Source: an uncultured Planctomycetota bacterium
GTDB lineage: Bacteria > Planctomycetota > Planctomycetia > Isosphaerales > Isosphaeraceae
Direction: 5' to 3'
DNA: 64,000 nt
Assembly: GCA_963845755.1 (NCBI GenBank)
Contig: CAWJTV010000029.1
Span: 384,001-448,000, forward strand
The notes beneath the pieces were generated by a model. That model had not been told where the DNA came from and searched no databases. It saw only the letters and a program-made list of their open reading frames with translations. Positions 31,686-42,842 of the stretch are shown piece after piece. Made by a program: the position numbers and the translations under genes. Every line of letters begins with the position of its first letter. The stretch's first letter is position 1.

Positions 31686-32585
31686 ATGGCGGAGATTCTC
31701 AGAGATGCGGGGTTGTCCGAACTGGTCGAGAGCCCGGCCGTGGAATGCCTGGCGCGGGGCTTCGAGTTCACGGAGGGGCCGCTCTGGTGCCCGGACGGCT
31801 CGCTGCTGTTCCAGGACAACAAGGCGGAGAAGACCTACCGGCTCGCTGCCGATCGATCGGTCGAGTTGGTGAGGGATCGGACCGGGGCGGCCAACGGCCA
31901 GACATTCGGCGCCGACGGCCGGATTATCTTCTGCGAGCAGAACGGCCGGTGCGTCTCGCGGATGGCGGCCGACGGCAGCGGCGTGGAGACGCTGGTCGAG
32001 ACCTGGTCGGGCCAGCGGCTCAACAGCCCCAACGACGTGGTCTGCCGGTCCGACGGCCTGGTCTACTTCACCGACCCCCCTTACGGTGTCGCACCGGACC
32101 GGCGCGCCCTGCACTTTCAGGGCGTCTTTTCGCTCGACCTGGCACGCCCGGGAGCCCCGAACGATGCCGTTCGGCTCCTGCTCGACGACTTCGAGAAGCC
32201 CAACGGCCTGGCCTTTTCGCCGGACGAGCGGATTCTCTACATCTGCGACACGGCGCGCTATCAGATCCGCGCCTACGAAGTCGAGCCCTCGGGCCAGTTG
32301 AAAGTCAGCTCGGGTCGCGTCTTCGCCCGGATGGATCCCGCCGAGCGGGGCGGGCCCGATGGGGTGAAGGTCGACCGCCAGGGGCGCGTCTATGCGGCCG
32401 TGGCGCAGGGGGTCTGGGTCTACGAGCCCGATGGCCGCCTGCTGGGCATCCTCGCGATGCCCGCGCGGCCCGCGAACCTGGCCTGGTGCGATCGCGATGC
32501 CCGCGGCCTGGCGATGACGGCCGTGGATGCGGTCTATTATGTCCGCCTGAGGGTCGAGGGGATGATGCCGCCGTTCCTCCCCTGA
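31686..32585 (+). CDS. SMP-30/gluconolactonase family protein
   Basis: FTEGPLW, NSPND, FTDPPYG, PNGLAFSPDE, PDGVKVD. Confidence 0.93.
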   Translation: MAEILRDAGLSELVESPAVECLARGFEFTEGPLWCPDGSLLFQDNKAEKTYRLAADRSVELVRDRTGAANGQTFGADGRIIFCEQNGRCVSRMAADGSGVETLVETWSGQRLNSPNDVVCRSDGLVYFTDPPYGVAPDRRALHFQGVFSLDLARPGAPNDAVRLLLDDFEKPNGLAFSPDERILYICDTARYQIRAYEVEPSGQLKVSSGRVFARMDPAERGGPDGVKVDRQGRVYAAVAQGVWVYEPDGRLLGILAMPARPANLAWCDRDARGLAMTAVDAVYYVRLRVEGMMPPFLP

Positions 32586-32812
32586 TTCTTCCGGTCTCCC
32601 GCTAGTCAATCCGAGGGCGATCGATTATCTTGGGGTCGTCTCGGTGACGGCGATTCTCTCACGTTCCGATCCGGCCCCTCGGCTTTGCCTTGCGGTGGCT
32701 CTCCACCTGGCGCACTGAGTGCGGGACGTCGCGAGATCCATCGGACTACGGCTTGATCACCGACCCACAAGACCAGGAATTGGCCGGCGCTGGTCGTCTT
32801 CAGGAGATCCGC

Positions 32813-33031
32813 GTGGCCAAAGAGGAACCGATTCGCACCGAGGGGCGCATCGTCGAGGCGCTCCCCAACACCCAGTTCATGGTCGAGCTGGAGAACGGAC
32901 ACCGCATCCTGGCTCATATCGCCGGAAAGATGCGGAAGAACTTCATCCGGATCGTGCCCGGCGACCGGGTGACCGTCGAGATCACGCCCTACGACCTAAC
33001 CAAAGGTCGGATCGTCTATCGCGAGCGCTGA
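32813..33031 (+). CDS. infA: Translation initiation factor IF-1
   Basis: GTG start, 72 aa: [10 protein letters not shown]...ALPNTQF...[19 protein letters not shown]. Confidence 0.97.
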   Translation: MAKEEPIRTEGRIVEALPNTQFMVELENGHRILAHIAGKMRKNFIRIVPGDRVTVEITPYDLTKGRIVYRER

Positions 33032-33087
33032 GCCAACCTGTCCGTGGCGCACGCCGCCGGCTCGGGCTTGCCGGAATCTTGAACCTC

Positions 33088-33185
33088 ACGCGGCCTTCGG
33101 CCGCAACCTAAACGGGATTCACGATTCGAGATTCACGATTCCAGAAACCGGAATCGTCTCCATCTGGAATCTGGAATCTGGAATG
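33088..33185. repeat. REP-like palindrome plus heptamer arrays
   Basis: CGCGGCCTTCGGCCGCAACC followed by (GATTCNN)n and (TGGAATC)n. Confidence 0.7.
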
Positions 33186-33247
33186 TTGGATACGGAATCG
33201 AGAGCTCCCCAGCTACGCCGTCGGCGCCGGGACTCTACGGAGAGACT

Positions 33248-34225
33248 CTACTTCGTGCGCCACCAGTTCATCGGGTCGCATCCTGCTACCGAAGCCGATT
33301 CCGCGATCGCGCGACGGAACCGCTGCGCATCCACCGGGTATCCCGCGGTGGGCCGCAGTCCCGGGACACGGGACTGCCAGTAGGCATTGAAGCCGTCCAT
33401 CCAGAGCTCACGGACCGTCTTGCTGACGATCGACGCCAGGGCCACCAGCCCATGGTGGCCATCGGCCTTGGGGATCAGGTTCAACTCCAGCCGTCTGGCG
33501 GTGTCACGGATCGTGTACTGGCTCAGTGCGGCACCCTCGGCCCCGCGATCGATCCAGGCGTCGGCGAAGACCCCCAGGAGCGGCTCCAAATAGTAGTGCC
33601 GGCCCCCGTGCTTGTCCCCGGTCACCGCGGTCGGAACCCCGTCGGCCGCACGTTCCCAGAGCGGGCGCAACAACCGGGCGAACGCCGAGAAATGGACCGC
33701 GGCCTTGGAGTCCATCGCCGCCAGATCGCCATTGAACCGCCTCGGCCCGACGACGATCGTATGAATCGCGGCCAGCCGCCAGTTTCCCGCGACGGGTTCC
33801 AGAGAGCGTCTGGCCAGGAGCCCTTCAACCCGGTCGCGGTCCCAGCACCAGGGCCACGACCCCGCCGACTCTCCGCCATCGAACCAGGGAGACAGCTCGG
33901 CTTCATCCGTTGCGCCAGCTCCGATGGCTTCGAGGAGCTGGCGGAGCGAGTCAGGGCGGCCCAGTCCGGCGGCGTGAATCGCGGCCAGGCACGCGGCCTC
34001 GAGTCGGTCGCGACCCTTGCCGCCGCGGAGAATCGCCTTCGAGTCGTCCACCCACAGCCGGGCGGGATCCCCCCCGGCCCGATCGACAGTCGCAGCGAGG
34101 TCCTGCCAGAGGTCGAACGGACTGGACCGATCCGTGGCTTCAGACGTTTCCGCCACGACGGCCGTCATCACCAACGGACCCAGGTTCGGACCATAGCCCG
34201 CTTCGTCGATTCCGACCCATCGCAA
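33248..34225 (-). CDS. Ribonuclease HII-like protein
   Basis: GIDEAGYGPNLGPLV, DDSK, KAD...VALASIVSK. Confidence 0.8.
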   Translation of the reverse strand: MRWVGIDEAGYGPNLGPLVMTAVVAETSEATDRSSPFDLWQDLAATVDRAGGDPARLWVDDSKAILRGGKGRDRLEAACLAAIHAAGLGRPDSLRQLLEAIGAGATDEAELSPWFDGGESAGSWPWCWDRDRVEGLLARRSLEPVAGNWRLAAIHTIVVGPRRFNGDLAAMDSKAAVHFSAFARLLRPLWERAADGVPTAVTGDKHGGRHYYLEPLLGVFADAWIDRGAEGAALSQYTIRDTARRLELNLIPKADGHHGLVALASIVSKTVRELWMDGFNAYWQSRVPGLRPTAGYPVDAQRFRRAIAESASVAGCDPMNWWRTK

Positions 34226-34282
34226 TCGTGCATCACCTCTCTGGGGTTGACGCGAACCTGGTCGGCTCGCTACCGGAAGCTG

Positions 34283-35401
34283 TCAATTACCAAGGTGGCA
34301 TTTCTTGTATTTCTTGCCACTCCCACACCAGCACGGGTCGTTGCGGCCAAGTTTCGGGCCGGTGTTTCGGATCGACTCCAGCACGGCTGAAGGCGGCGCG
34401 GGTTTGGGCGTCTTTTGGGCTTGTACGGGGGGACGGATTGGGATCATCGGTGGCGTTGGAGGCCGGTTCAGGTAAGCGATGTACTCCTGATACCGCTCTC
34501 GGTAGTCGTTAAGCCAATCTCGAACCGGTCGTGGTGGCTCGCCACCGAGGCGGTATTGCTCGTCGACGAATTTCTCATTGATGATGAACGTCTCAACCAG
34601 GTCTTCCGCGAATGCGGTCTTGATCAAGTCCCTGGCCGCAGGATCGGCCAGGTCGGCCAGGTCGCTGACCAGGAAAGCGATTTCCTCATAAAAGTCGAGT
34701 TCTCGCCCTTCCTCGCCCTCGGTGGTTTCGCCTACGGAAGCCGGGGCACTCGAAACCTCCGGCACGAATTCGGATTCGTCGGCGCTGGTGTCTTCGGAGT
34801 CCGTCTCGTCACTCGATTCCGCAACATCTCGCCGCATCTTCCACTGCCTGATCTCCTCCCGGCCACGTGCGATCGCGGCTGCGAGATGCAATCGGAGGAC
34901 TTCGGCCAGTTGTGATTTCAGGGCTGGGTCGTCGCCCGCCGCGACTCGTGCGGCGTTGAAGGCGTGAATGCGCTTGTAGCCTCGGATCGCCGGATCGCGG
35001 ACGACTTCCAGGAGCGGTTCAAAACCGATAGCGCCGTACTTCCCGACCGCTCTCGCGGCTTCCTCTCCCGAATCGTCGTGATACCGTCTGACAATCTCGA
35101 CCAGGTCGGAAATCGCCCGAGGAGGACGGAGTACGCTCAGCAGACCGATCGCGTGGTATAACGGTGCCTCTGCGGGCCAGCCGCGGGGAGAGGTCCGTAG
35201 GATCGCGATAAGCGGCTCGACGGCTGCGTCACCGGCCTGAACGATCTGTTCCAGCAGTTCAGGATCAGCCCACGCACCGACCGCGACCATCTGGTCGACG
35301 AGGGCTGCGGGATTGAGGGGCGCCGACTCCGAAATCGCTTCAGGATGAAGTTCGGCCGAGCGGGGCGCCGAAATGTCTTTCTCCGCGTTCTCGGGATCCA
35401 T
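34283..35401 (-). CDS. HEAT-like protein with C-terminal SEC-C motif
   Basis: GRNDPCWCGSGKKYKKCH. Confidence 0.85.
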   Translation of the reverse strand: MDPENAEKDISAPRSAELHPEAISESAPLNPAALVDQMVAVGAWADPELLEQIVQAGDAAVEPLIAILRTSPRGWPAEAPLYHAIGLLSVLRPPRAISDLVEIVRRYHDDSGEEAARAVGKYGAIGFEPLLEVVRDPAIRGYKRIHAFNAARVAAGDDPALKSQLAEVLRLHLAAAIARGREEIRQWKMRRDVAESSDETDSEDTSADESEFVPEVSSAPASVGETTEGEEGRELDFYEEIAFLVSDLADLADPAARDLIKTAFAEDLVETFIINEKFVDEQYRLGGEPPRPVRDWLNDYRERYQEYIAYLNRPPTPPMIPIRPPVQAQKTPKPAPPSAVLESIRNTGPKLGRNDPCWCGSGKKYKKCHLGN

Positions 35402-35521
35402 ACTGACCTCTCTGCGGGGATCGCGATGATGGCAGCAGTCGATCTTACGATCGCTACGGCCTTCATCATACCCCGTTGAGGAAACCGGACAGTCATCCCC
35501 ATTTGGTCGATCGAGCTGTTT

Positions 35522-37351
35522 TCAATAAACACCGTGGAGCGGACCGCCGGGAGCGGCCAGGGCGTCAACTCGGCGCTCGATCTCCGGATCATCGACCAGC
35601 GGCGGTGCGTGGTGCGGCTTGATCCGGGCGTCGATGATGAGTGGCCCGGTGCAGCCCCAGTGCTTCTGGTCCACGAACGCACCGATCCCCTCGAGATCCG
35701 CCGCCGGGTTGGAGCGGGTGAAGGTGACCCAGAGGAAGTTCCGCTCGCTCCGTGCCGTGAATTCGCTATCGTCCGCGATCACGATCAACGGGAAATCGCG
35801 GATCGGGCCGTCGGGACCGAAGGATCGGCAGAACGTGAGGATCTCTCCGCTATCGCGACGGTACGCCGGTCCTCGAATGGCCACGATGCCGGGGAGTACC
35901 AGGCGAGGATCGCCGAATCCGCCAGGAAGTCGCAGGCCGGACGGCAACTCGGCCGGCAGCGACCGGCGTACGGGCCCGGCGGCGGCGATCACGACCTTGG
36001 AGCCCTGATTCAGTCCGTGGCCCGAGTAGTCGAGCGTGTCGATGGTCGTCCGGGTCTGGAAGTGGAGGTCGGTCGTCCAATCGACTCGTCGGAGCAGGTG
36101 CGCGAGGAAAGCGGAGATGTCGTGGATATCGAGGTCCGGATCGTCCTCATGGGCGACGATCAGTAGGTATTTCGCCAGCGACAGTTGCCCCTGACCCAGG
36201 ATGGCGTTGGCGGTGGTCAGGATCTCCTGCGGCTGGCGCACCGGGCTGTCGGGGACATATCGCTCGCTGGCGATCGCCAGCAGCAACGGATGGACGCCCG
36301 CGGCGTTAACGGCGTGGACGGCCCGGACGCCCGGGATCACGCTGGGGATCACGGGCCCGGTCAATTCGTGGATCAGCGTACCGAACGAGGTGTCTTCCTG
36401 CGGCGGTCGCCCGACCGACGTGAACGGCCAGATGGCACCGTCGCGGTGGTAGACGCGATCGACCCGCACGACCGGGAAATCGTGCTGGAGGCTGTAGTAA
36501 CCCAGGTGGTCCCCGAACGGTCCCTCGGGCTTCCGATGCAGGGGGTCGATCGTGCCACAGATGACAAAGTCAGCGTCGGCCGGCATGGGGAGCCCGTCGT
36601 CGGGCGTGACCAGGGCGACCGGCCGGCCACCCAGCGCCCCGGCGAACGCCAGCTCGGGCAGACCTTCGGGTAGGGGCATGACTGCGGCGACCGTCATGGC
36701 GGGCGGGCCGCCGACGAAGACGTTGACGCGCAGCGGCTCTCCTCGCCGGATGGCCGCGGCATGGTGCACCCCGATACCCCGGTGGATCTGATAATGCAGG
36801 CCGACTTCCCGATCCGGCTCATACGCGTTTCCGGCAAGCTGAACCCGGTACATCCCCAGGTTGGACCGCGCGGGGCCAGGCCGGTCGGGGTCTTCCGTAT
36901 AGACCTGGGGTAACGTGATGAACGGTCCGCCGTCCCTCGGCCAGCATTGGATCGGCGGCAGCCGCCCGATCGACGTCCGGTGGTCCAGGATCGGGCCGCT
37001 CCTCACCCGACGGGGCCGCAGCCGCCACAACGTGCGCGGCAGGCCGCGGTAACGCCAGGGGTTCTTGGCGAGGGCATTCGGTTCCACCTTCAACTCGACC
37101 AGTCGGCGGACCGATTCGAGCGTGTCGCGAAACAGGTATTTCGACCGGTCCAGCGTGCCAAATAGGTTGCCAAGGATCGGGAAAGCCGTCCCCTTGGCCC
37201 GGCGGAACAACAAGGCCGGCCCGCCCGCCTGATAAACCCTCCGCTGGATGGCGGCCACTTCCAGGTAGGGATCCACCTCCTGGTCGATGGCGACAAGCTG
37301 ACCGGTCGATTCCAGGTCGCGCACACAGTCCGACAGCGATCGATAGCCCAT
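35522..37351 (-). CDS. UbiD-family decarboxylase
   Basis: DGGPFITLP, NLGMYRVQ, EGPFGDHLGYY, GRPPQED. Confidence 0.93.
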   Translation of the reverse strand: MGYRSLSDCVRDLESTGQLVAIDQEVDPYLEVAAIQRRVYQAGGPALLFRRAKGTAFPILGNLFGTLDRSKYLFRDTLESVRRLVELKVEPNALAKNPWRYRGLPRTLWRLRPRRVRSGPILDHRTSIGRLPPIQCWPRDGGPFITLPQVYTEDPDRPGPARSNLGMYRVQLAGNAYEPDREVGLHYQIHRGIGVHHAAAIRRGEPLRVNVFVGGPPAMTVAAVMPLPEGLPELAFAGALGGRPVALVTPDDGLPMPADADFVICGTIDPLHRKPEGPFGDHLGYYSLQHDFPVVRVDRVYHRDGAIWPFTSVGRPPQEDTSFGTLIHELTGPVIPSVIPGVRAVHAVNAAGVHPLLLAIASERYVPDSPVRQPQEILTTANAILGQGQLSLAKYLLIVAHEDDPDLDIHDISAFLAHLLRRVDWTTDLHFQTRTTIDTLDYSGHGLNQGSKVVIAAAGPVRRSLPAELPSGLRLPGGFGDPRLVLPGIVAIRGPAYRRDSGEILTFCRSFGPDGPIRDFPLIVIADDSEFTARSERNFLWVTFTRSNPAADLEGIGAFVDQKHWGCTGPLIIDARIKPHHAPPLVDDPEIERRVDALAAPGGPLHGVY

Positions 37352-37446
37352 CGGGACGAATCCTCGAGTCGTAAGGCGAGGCCCTCGAAAAATGAAGCAA
37401 TCCCCGTACAGGAATTACCAGGTGATCTCACACAGGTCATCCTCGT

Positions 37447-38868
37447 CTACTCCCTTTTTTGTGCAATAATCCCTGGGAACGCGTGCGCCGTCGCAGGAAT
37501 CTCATCGATCGTTCTGGTGCGGCAATAAACGTCGAAAGTCGTGCGATCGGTCGCTTTCCGCTCGGTCGATTCGCCCGCTCCCGCCACGCGGAACCGCGGG
37601 CTGAGATAATACCGGGCCGCTTCCAGTTGCTCGCGAGGAAAGCGAGGATCGCTCGGATGGACAACGACAGCGATCGGATCGTTGGGTGTTTGCCTCTGCT
37701 CTTGATTTAACCAGGTCGAAAGTGCTCGCCAGTCGGCCTTGGGACTCGGGCTGTAGACGTGAAGCAGCGTCAAGGAAAATGCCAGTCCGACCGCCGCGAA
37801 CGGCCAGCGAAGCCAGGCGGGAAGCCGGGCGAGGCCGTGCGCCAGCAGGATCAGGTAGGCTGGTGCGCTGAAAAGGTGATACCGCGACGGACCGAAGATC
37901 GGACGGCCAAGTTGGGAATAGACATACATCAAGACGGGCGGCCCCGCGGCCCAGGCGATCAGGATGAGGTTCTCGACCGGGTTCCGGATGACGAGCCGGC
38001 GCCGGCCCTCGACCAATTCGCGAGATAGCCAGCCCTGGCCGATGATCGCCAGGCAGGCGAGGAGCACCAGGCTGTTCCCGCCGATATATTCGATCGGCAC
38101 TCCCAGGAGGAATCGAAGCGAATAGCGCGGCATGGGGTAATCGGTACTGTGGTCGAGGTAGCGTCCGAGCCAGGGGAGAATGGCCAGGGCCGCGGCAAGC
38201 TGGATCAAGAGCCAGAACCGGAAGGTCAGCACGAGGTGGCGATGGACCAGCAGATAAGCCAGGCCGTGCGCCGCGATCATGAAGAGCCCCAGCGGATGGC
38301 TGTAGGCCAGCGAGGCCAGGAGGATTCCGTACGCCACGCATCGGGCCGGTCCGGCGGCATGGCGGAACGAGAGGAGGACCAGCCAAGAGACCGCGGTCAG
38401 GAGGACCAGCCAGGCGTACATCCGGGCTTCCTGCGAGTAATAGACCAGAGGCGGGCAGACCGAGGCCAGCCAGGCGGCCCAGAGCCCCGCCCGTTCGTCG
38501 AATGCCCGTCGGCCGAAGAGGTAGGTGACGAACACAGTGGCCAGGCCGCAGAGGGCACTGAAGGAGCGCCCGGCGAAGTCGGATGCGCCAACAAGGCTGA
38601 GCCAACCCTGGAGGACGAGCGGGTGGAGCGGTGCGCGGGTCCCGTCGATCTGATCGAGGAGATGCACCATCGCCACGGGATTGCCGGCCCGCGCGACGCG
38701 CATCGTGACGATCTCATCGTACCAGAGACTGGTATGGTCGAGGTTCCAGAACCGAAGGCCCGCGGTGACCAGCAGAATGACGGCCATCGGCAACACCTGG
38801 CCAATTCGCGAGAGCGTCCACGGCCGTGTGGTTCCCGGATTGTCCGATGTCCGATCCGAATCACTCAT
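37447..38868 (-). CDS. GT-C glycosyltransferase (family 39/PMT-like)
   Basis: SLWYDE, SQEARMY, many transmembrane helices. Confidence 0.88.
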   Translation of the reverse strand: MSDSDRTSDNPGTTRPWTLSRIGQVLPMAVILLVTAGLRFWNLDHTSLWYDEIVTMRVARAGNPVAMVHLLDQIDGTRAPLHPLVLQGWLSLVGASDFAGRSFSALCGLATVFVTYLFGRRAFDERAGLWAAWLASVCPPLVYYSQEARMYAWLVLLTAVSWLVLLSFRHAAGPARCVAYGILLASLAYSHPLGLFMIAAHGLAYLLVHRHLVLTFRFWLLIQLAAALAILPWLGRYLDHSTDYPMPRYSLRFLLGVPIEYIGGNSLVLLACLAIIGQGWLSRELVEGRRRLVIRNPVENLILIAWAAGPPVLMYVYSQLGRPIFGPSRYHLFSAPAYLILLAHGLARLPAWLRWPFAAVGLAFSLTLLHVYSPSPKADWRALSTWLNQEQRQTPNDPIAVVVHPSDPRFPREQLEAARYYLSPRFRVAGAGESTERKATDRTTFDVYCRTRTIDEIPATAHAFPGIIAQKRE

Positions 38869-38967
38869 GGTGAAACTCCTCCGCTCTTGAGTCATAATCG
38901 CTCCGTTGCGCCGAGACCAGGCCACGCTGGGAGGATCCGAGCGTCGTGCGAATGTCCGGAAAGCTCT

Positions 38968-39090
38968 CGATCCAAGATTCTGGATTCGCCTTTCGAGATT
39001 TCCTGTGGTGCCGAATCGGGAGTCTTGAGTCCGGAATCTCGAATCTCGAATCTTGAATTCCTCTTACCTTGCGGCCGAACGCCGCGTCAG
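38968..39090. repeat. Heptamer arrays plus REP-like palindrome
   Basis: (GAATCTC)n, then TTGCGGCCGAACGCCGCG. Confidence 0.6.
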
Positions 39091-39100
39091 GAAGCAAGTC

Positions 39101-39872
39101 ATGAATCGGTTGAGCGGGAAGGTTGCCGTGATCACGGGCGCGGGTGCGGGGATCGGTCGCGCGACGGCCGAGTTGTTCGCCGAGGAGGGCGCCGCCGTCG
39201 TGATCGCCGAGCGCGACCAGGCGACCGGACAGGACGCCGCCGCGCGGATCAAGCACTCGGGCGGCAAGGCGCTCTTTGTTCGCACCGACGTGGCCGATGA
39301 GTCGAGCGTGGCGAAGATGGCGGCCGAGGCCGTCGCCGCCTTCGGCGCGATCCACACCCTGGTCAACAACGCGGCGATCTTCATCTTGCGCGGGATCGAG
39401 GCCACTCCGGAGGAATGGCGGCAGATGCTGGACGTCAACGTGATGGGGCCGGCGCTGGTCGCCAAACACGTCGTACCGGCGATCAAGAAGGCCGGCGGCG
39501 GTGCGATCGTCAACCTGGCCTCGATCTCCTCGTTCATCGCCCAGCCGAATTATGTTACGTACAACACGACCAAGACGGCCATCCTCGGCATGAACCGCTG
39601 CATGGCCATGGACCTGGCGCCCGACAACATCCGGGTCAACGCGGTCTGCCCAGGCGTCGTCTGGACCCAGATCGTCGAGCGCCAGGCCATTGCCATGGGA
39701 CTCGACCGCGCGGCCGCCGACATCCATCCGCAATGGGCCGGCGCCCAATTGATCCAGGCGCTGCGCTGAGCCGCGTGAGATCGCTTACGCCATCCTGTTC
39801 CTGGCTTCTGATGAAGCCTCGTTCATCACCGGGACCCACCTCATGGTCGATGCGGGATACACGGCCCGATGA
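39101..39872 (+). CDS. SDR oxidoreductase (one frameshift near the 3' end)
   Basis: [27 protein letters not shown]. Confidence 0.93.
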
Positions 39873-39912
39873 TTGTGGAGTCGCGCCGTTCGTCACCGAC
39901 CGGCCCAAGGAT

Positions 39913-42245
39913 TCAGGTGCAAAGCGTGTCGATGACCTTCAACCAGGAGGGATCATTGACCGTGGGTTGATGGTCGAGGACCCACACATCATCGCGCCAC
40001 TGGAACCCGTGATCGGGGTACAGGGTTCGGCAAGGCCCGTTGAGGGGAGTCTCCCGGTAGAGACCCATGAGGGCGCCGCCTCGCGCGGGCTCTCTCCGCC
40101 GGTCGCCCAGACCAATCGTCCGATCGCATTCAGCATCGCCGTCTCGAAGCCGTATCCGAACACGCGGCAACTGAGCACGAACGTCGGGATTTGTACGTTT
40201 GTTGACGTCAGATCGACGTATGCGACGCAGATAAGCCCCATCTGCCCGAACTTGTCGGCGCCGTCGATGACCAGGATGCGCCGACCGGGTGTCGCGATCC
40301 AATCGTGCGCCTCGCGGAAGCTCGTTCGCGTGCCATTGAGGTTGAATTGATTCGTCCGGTTGATCAGCTCGACGACCCGCTCGAGGTCCGATCGGCCGGC
40401 GAATCGGACGTTGGCCCGGAGCCCCAGCCCTGCCATCAGGGCCGCCGGATCGTGCTCCGCCGCCTCACCGCCCAGGAACTTCTCCCGCTCCTCGCGCTCC
40501 CGATAAAACTGCGTGCGATCCGCCTCATCGCCGGGACGGATCAACTGCGACCAGAGGTCCAGAAGTTTCCAGGATCGCTCCGAGATCGCGTCCATGACGT
40601 GGATATCCGGAAAGACCTCCGACACGAGCGCGCGCTGATCGGCTCGGTCGTCGATGAAGACGAAGTCCTTGGTCTTCAGGTTGAGTTTCTGCTGGATCCG
40701 CTTCATGTTGTTGGGCTTGGCGTCCCAGTTGATCTCCGCGGCGACAAAGTCGCTCTCGTCGAGCACCGCATCGCGCCAGTGGACGTTCTTCGGATCGTTC
40801 CGGGAATTGATTGCCAGGAGCACTCCCTGCGACCGGAGGCGCTTCAGAATCGCCTGGCGATCGCGATGATGCCGGACCGCCCCCTCACCGATCTCTCCTT
40901 CCCAGAGCGTATTGTCCAGGTCGCAGACGACGAGCTTCTTGGTCGCGAGGGTCGCCAGCATTTCCAGAAGGTCGCGATACCGTTCGGCGACCATTCGGGA
41001 CAGGACCGTGGGGTGCTGCACGTGGGAGTCGTAAAGCCGGCGGCCCAGGACCCACTCCGAGGCCTGGCTCAATAAGTTGTGCTCGTCAAAGAGATGCACG
41101 TGCGGAAAGGTCGCGGCGTTGACCTCGTCGATGTACGCCTCAATCCGGCGATTCGCGGCCTTCCGGACCCGTTCGCGCGTTCGCCGGCTCAGGACCATCT
41201 TCATCGCGTTGACCGGCTGAGAATTATGCCGACGGACATTCGCCGAGTTATGGACAAAGATCGGGCAATCGAACTCGGTCGCGAGTACGTCCAAGTGGCC
41301 TCGGATGACCGCCAGGGAAGGCTCCACCATCTCGCTAATGGCCTTCGGATAGGCGATGCCGTACGGAGCCTTGAGCGATCGGCTGTAGTGCTCGCTGGCC
41401 GTATAGGTGAAGGGGCTGTAGAAGACCGCGGCCCACTTGTTGCGCGCGTGCTTCCGCATCAAACTGCGCATCTCGACCGGATTCATCGACATGCCGTAAG
41501 TCGGATTCAGCTCGATCCCAGCCTTGAGCATGGGCGCCGCCAGGAATGACGCCACCTCCAGGAAGAAGCAATCGCCGATCAGCAGCAGATCCATCTTGCG
41601 GGTCGACGGCGCACTCAGGAAGTCGTGGATCGAATCCAACTCCGAGGCGAGCATCTCCTGGGCAGCCGGATCGAGCACCCGGCGGCAATAGCTCTTGAAA
41701 GCCTCGGTGACCAGGCCGGTGAAATGGACCCGCACCGCGGCCAGTTCCGAGAGGCTCTCTAGCGGGACGTGGGCCGTCTTGACCACCTCACCGATGAAGA
41801 GATATCGGTAGACCTCATCCGACGTGGAGCAGAGGAGATCCAGACAATCGACGAAGATCCCGAAATTGCGAACGGCGAACTCCTCCTCCGTCAGGTTCGA
41901 CTCCCGGAACCATCGCGCGTACTTCTCGTTGCCCTTGGTCAAATCCAGGATGGAAAGGCAGAGAGGGATTCGGTGCGTACGGAGCCCCCGTGATAGTGTC
42001 AGCGAGGGATTCGCATCCGGCTTCCGGCCGACAAGCCGCCGCACGATCGTCGGTTTTGGTAGGAGTTCGGGGACCGTCAAGCGTGCAGCCTTCTCCAGGC
42101 GTGAGTCGGAGGTTTGACCCGAAAGTTTGAGGACCAAAGCATTACCCCCATCTGTCGATAGTGTCTTCCGCCGTTCGATCTCTGCGCCGTGCGTGCGTCG
42201 GCCGAATTCCCAACTCGAGATTCGAGATTCCGGAATCGTCCTCAT
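39913..42245 (-). CDS. FkbH-like HAD-IIIC protein (start uncertain; 3' frameshift)
   Basis: VCDLDNTLWEG, FIDDR, RTNQFN, DKFGQMG, LSCRVFG. Confidence 0.88.
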
Positions 42246-42462
42246 CCGGAATCTCGAATCCGGAATCTCGAATCGGCAAGCCCAATTAGGTTGTGGCCGA
42301 AGGCCGCGTTAGAGTCGTCCTCCGTAGGATCCCTGCGCCGTGCGCGCCTCTGGGGATTCCGAATTCCGGATTTGAGATTCCCGATTCCCGGATCATTCCC
42401 CTTCGGGAATCCGGGATCGCGAATCGGGAATCCCGATCGGGTTGCGGCCGAAGGCCGCGTTA
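42210..42462. repeat. Heptamer arrays with two REP-like palindromes
   Basis: (GATTCCG)n/(GAATCCG)n; GGTTG(T/C)GGCCGAAGGCCGCGTTA at about 42289 and 42440. Confidence 0.75.
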
Positions 42463-42842
42463 AGAGAACCCGTGCCGAAATCACCAACGTCCATAGTGGA
42501 AGCGGAAAGCTAATCTCATTATACATATATAAATTTGACTGAAGCTTGAATCGGTACAGATCGCCTTGATTTTAAGCATTCTGGCAAGAGAAAGTAACGA
42601 TGATCGTTCCGGGACTGCTATCTTAGGCGTTAATACGCTCCATTCAAGCTTAAATTACCGCGACTGACGGGTAAGGACCCGGCACCATTCATGTGTAGCA
42701 TACTCAAGACGTTCTCTGGGGTCAGCGCATGAGCCAGACGCGTTGTTTTTTCTAAACGCCGGGACTGGCTTGTCCGTTACTGGCTCCCCGCGATGGTTGA
42801 CGCCGACCCGACGGTCGCCTGGCTGCTGAGGCGAACGGCTTA

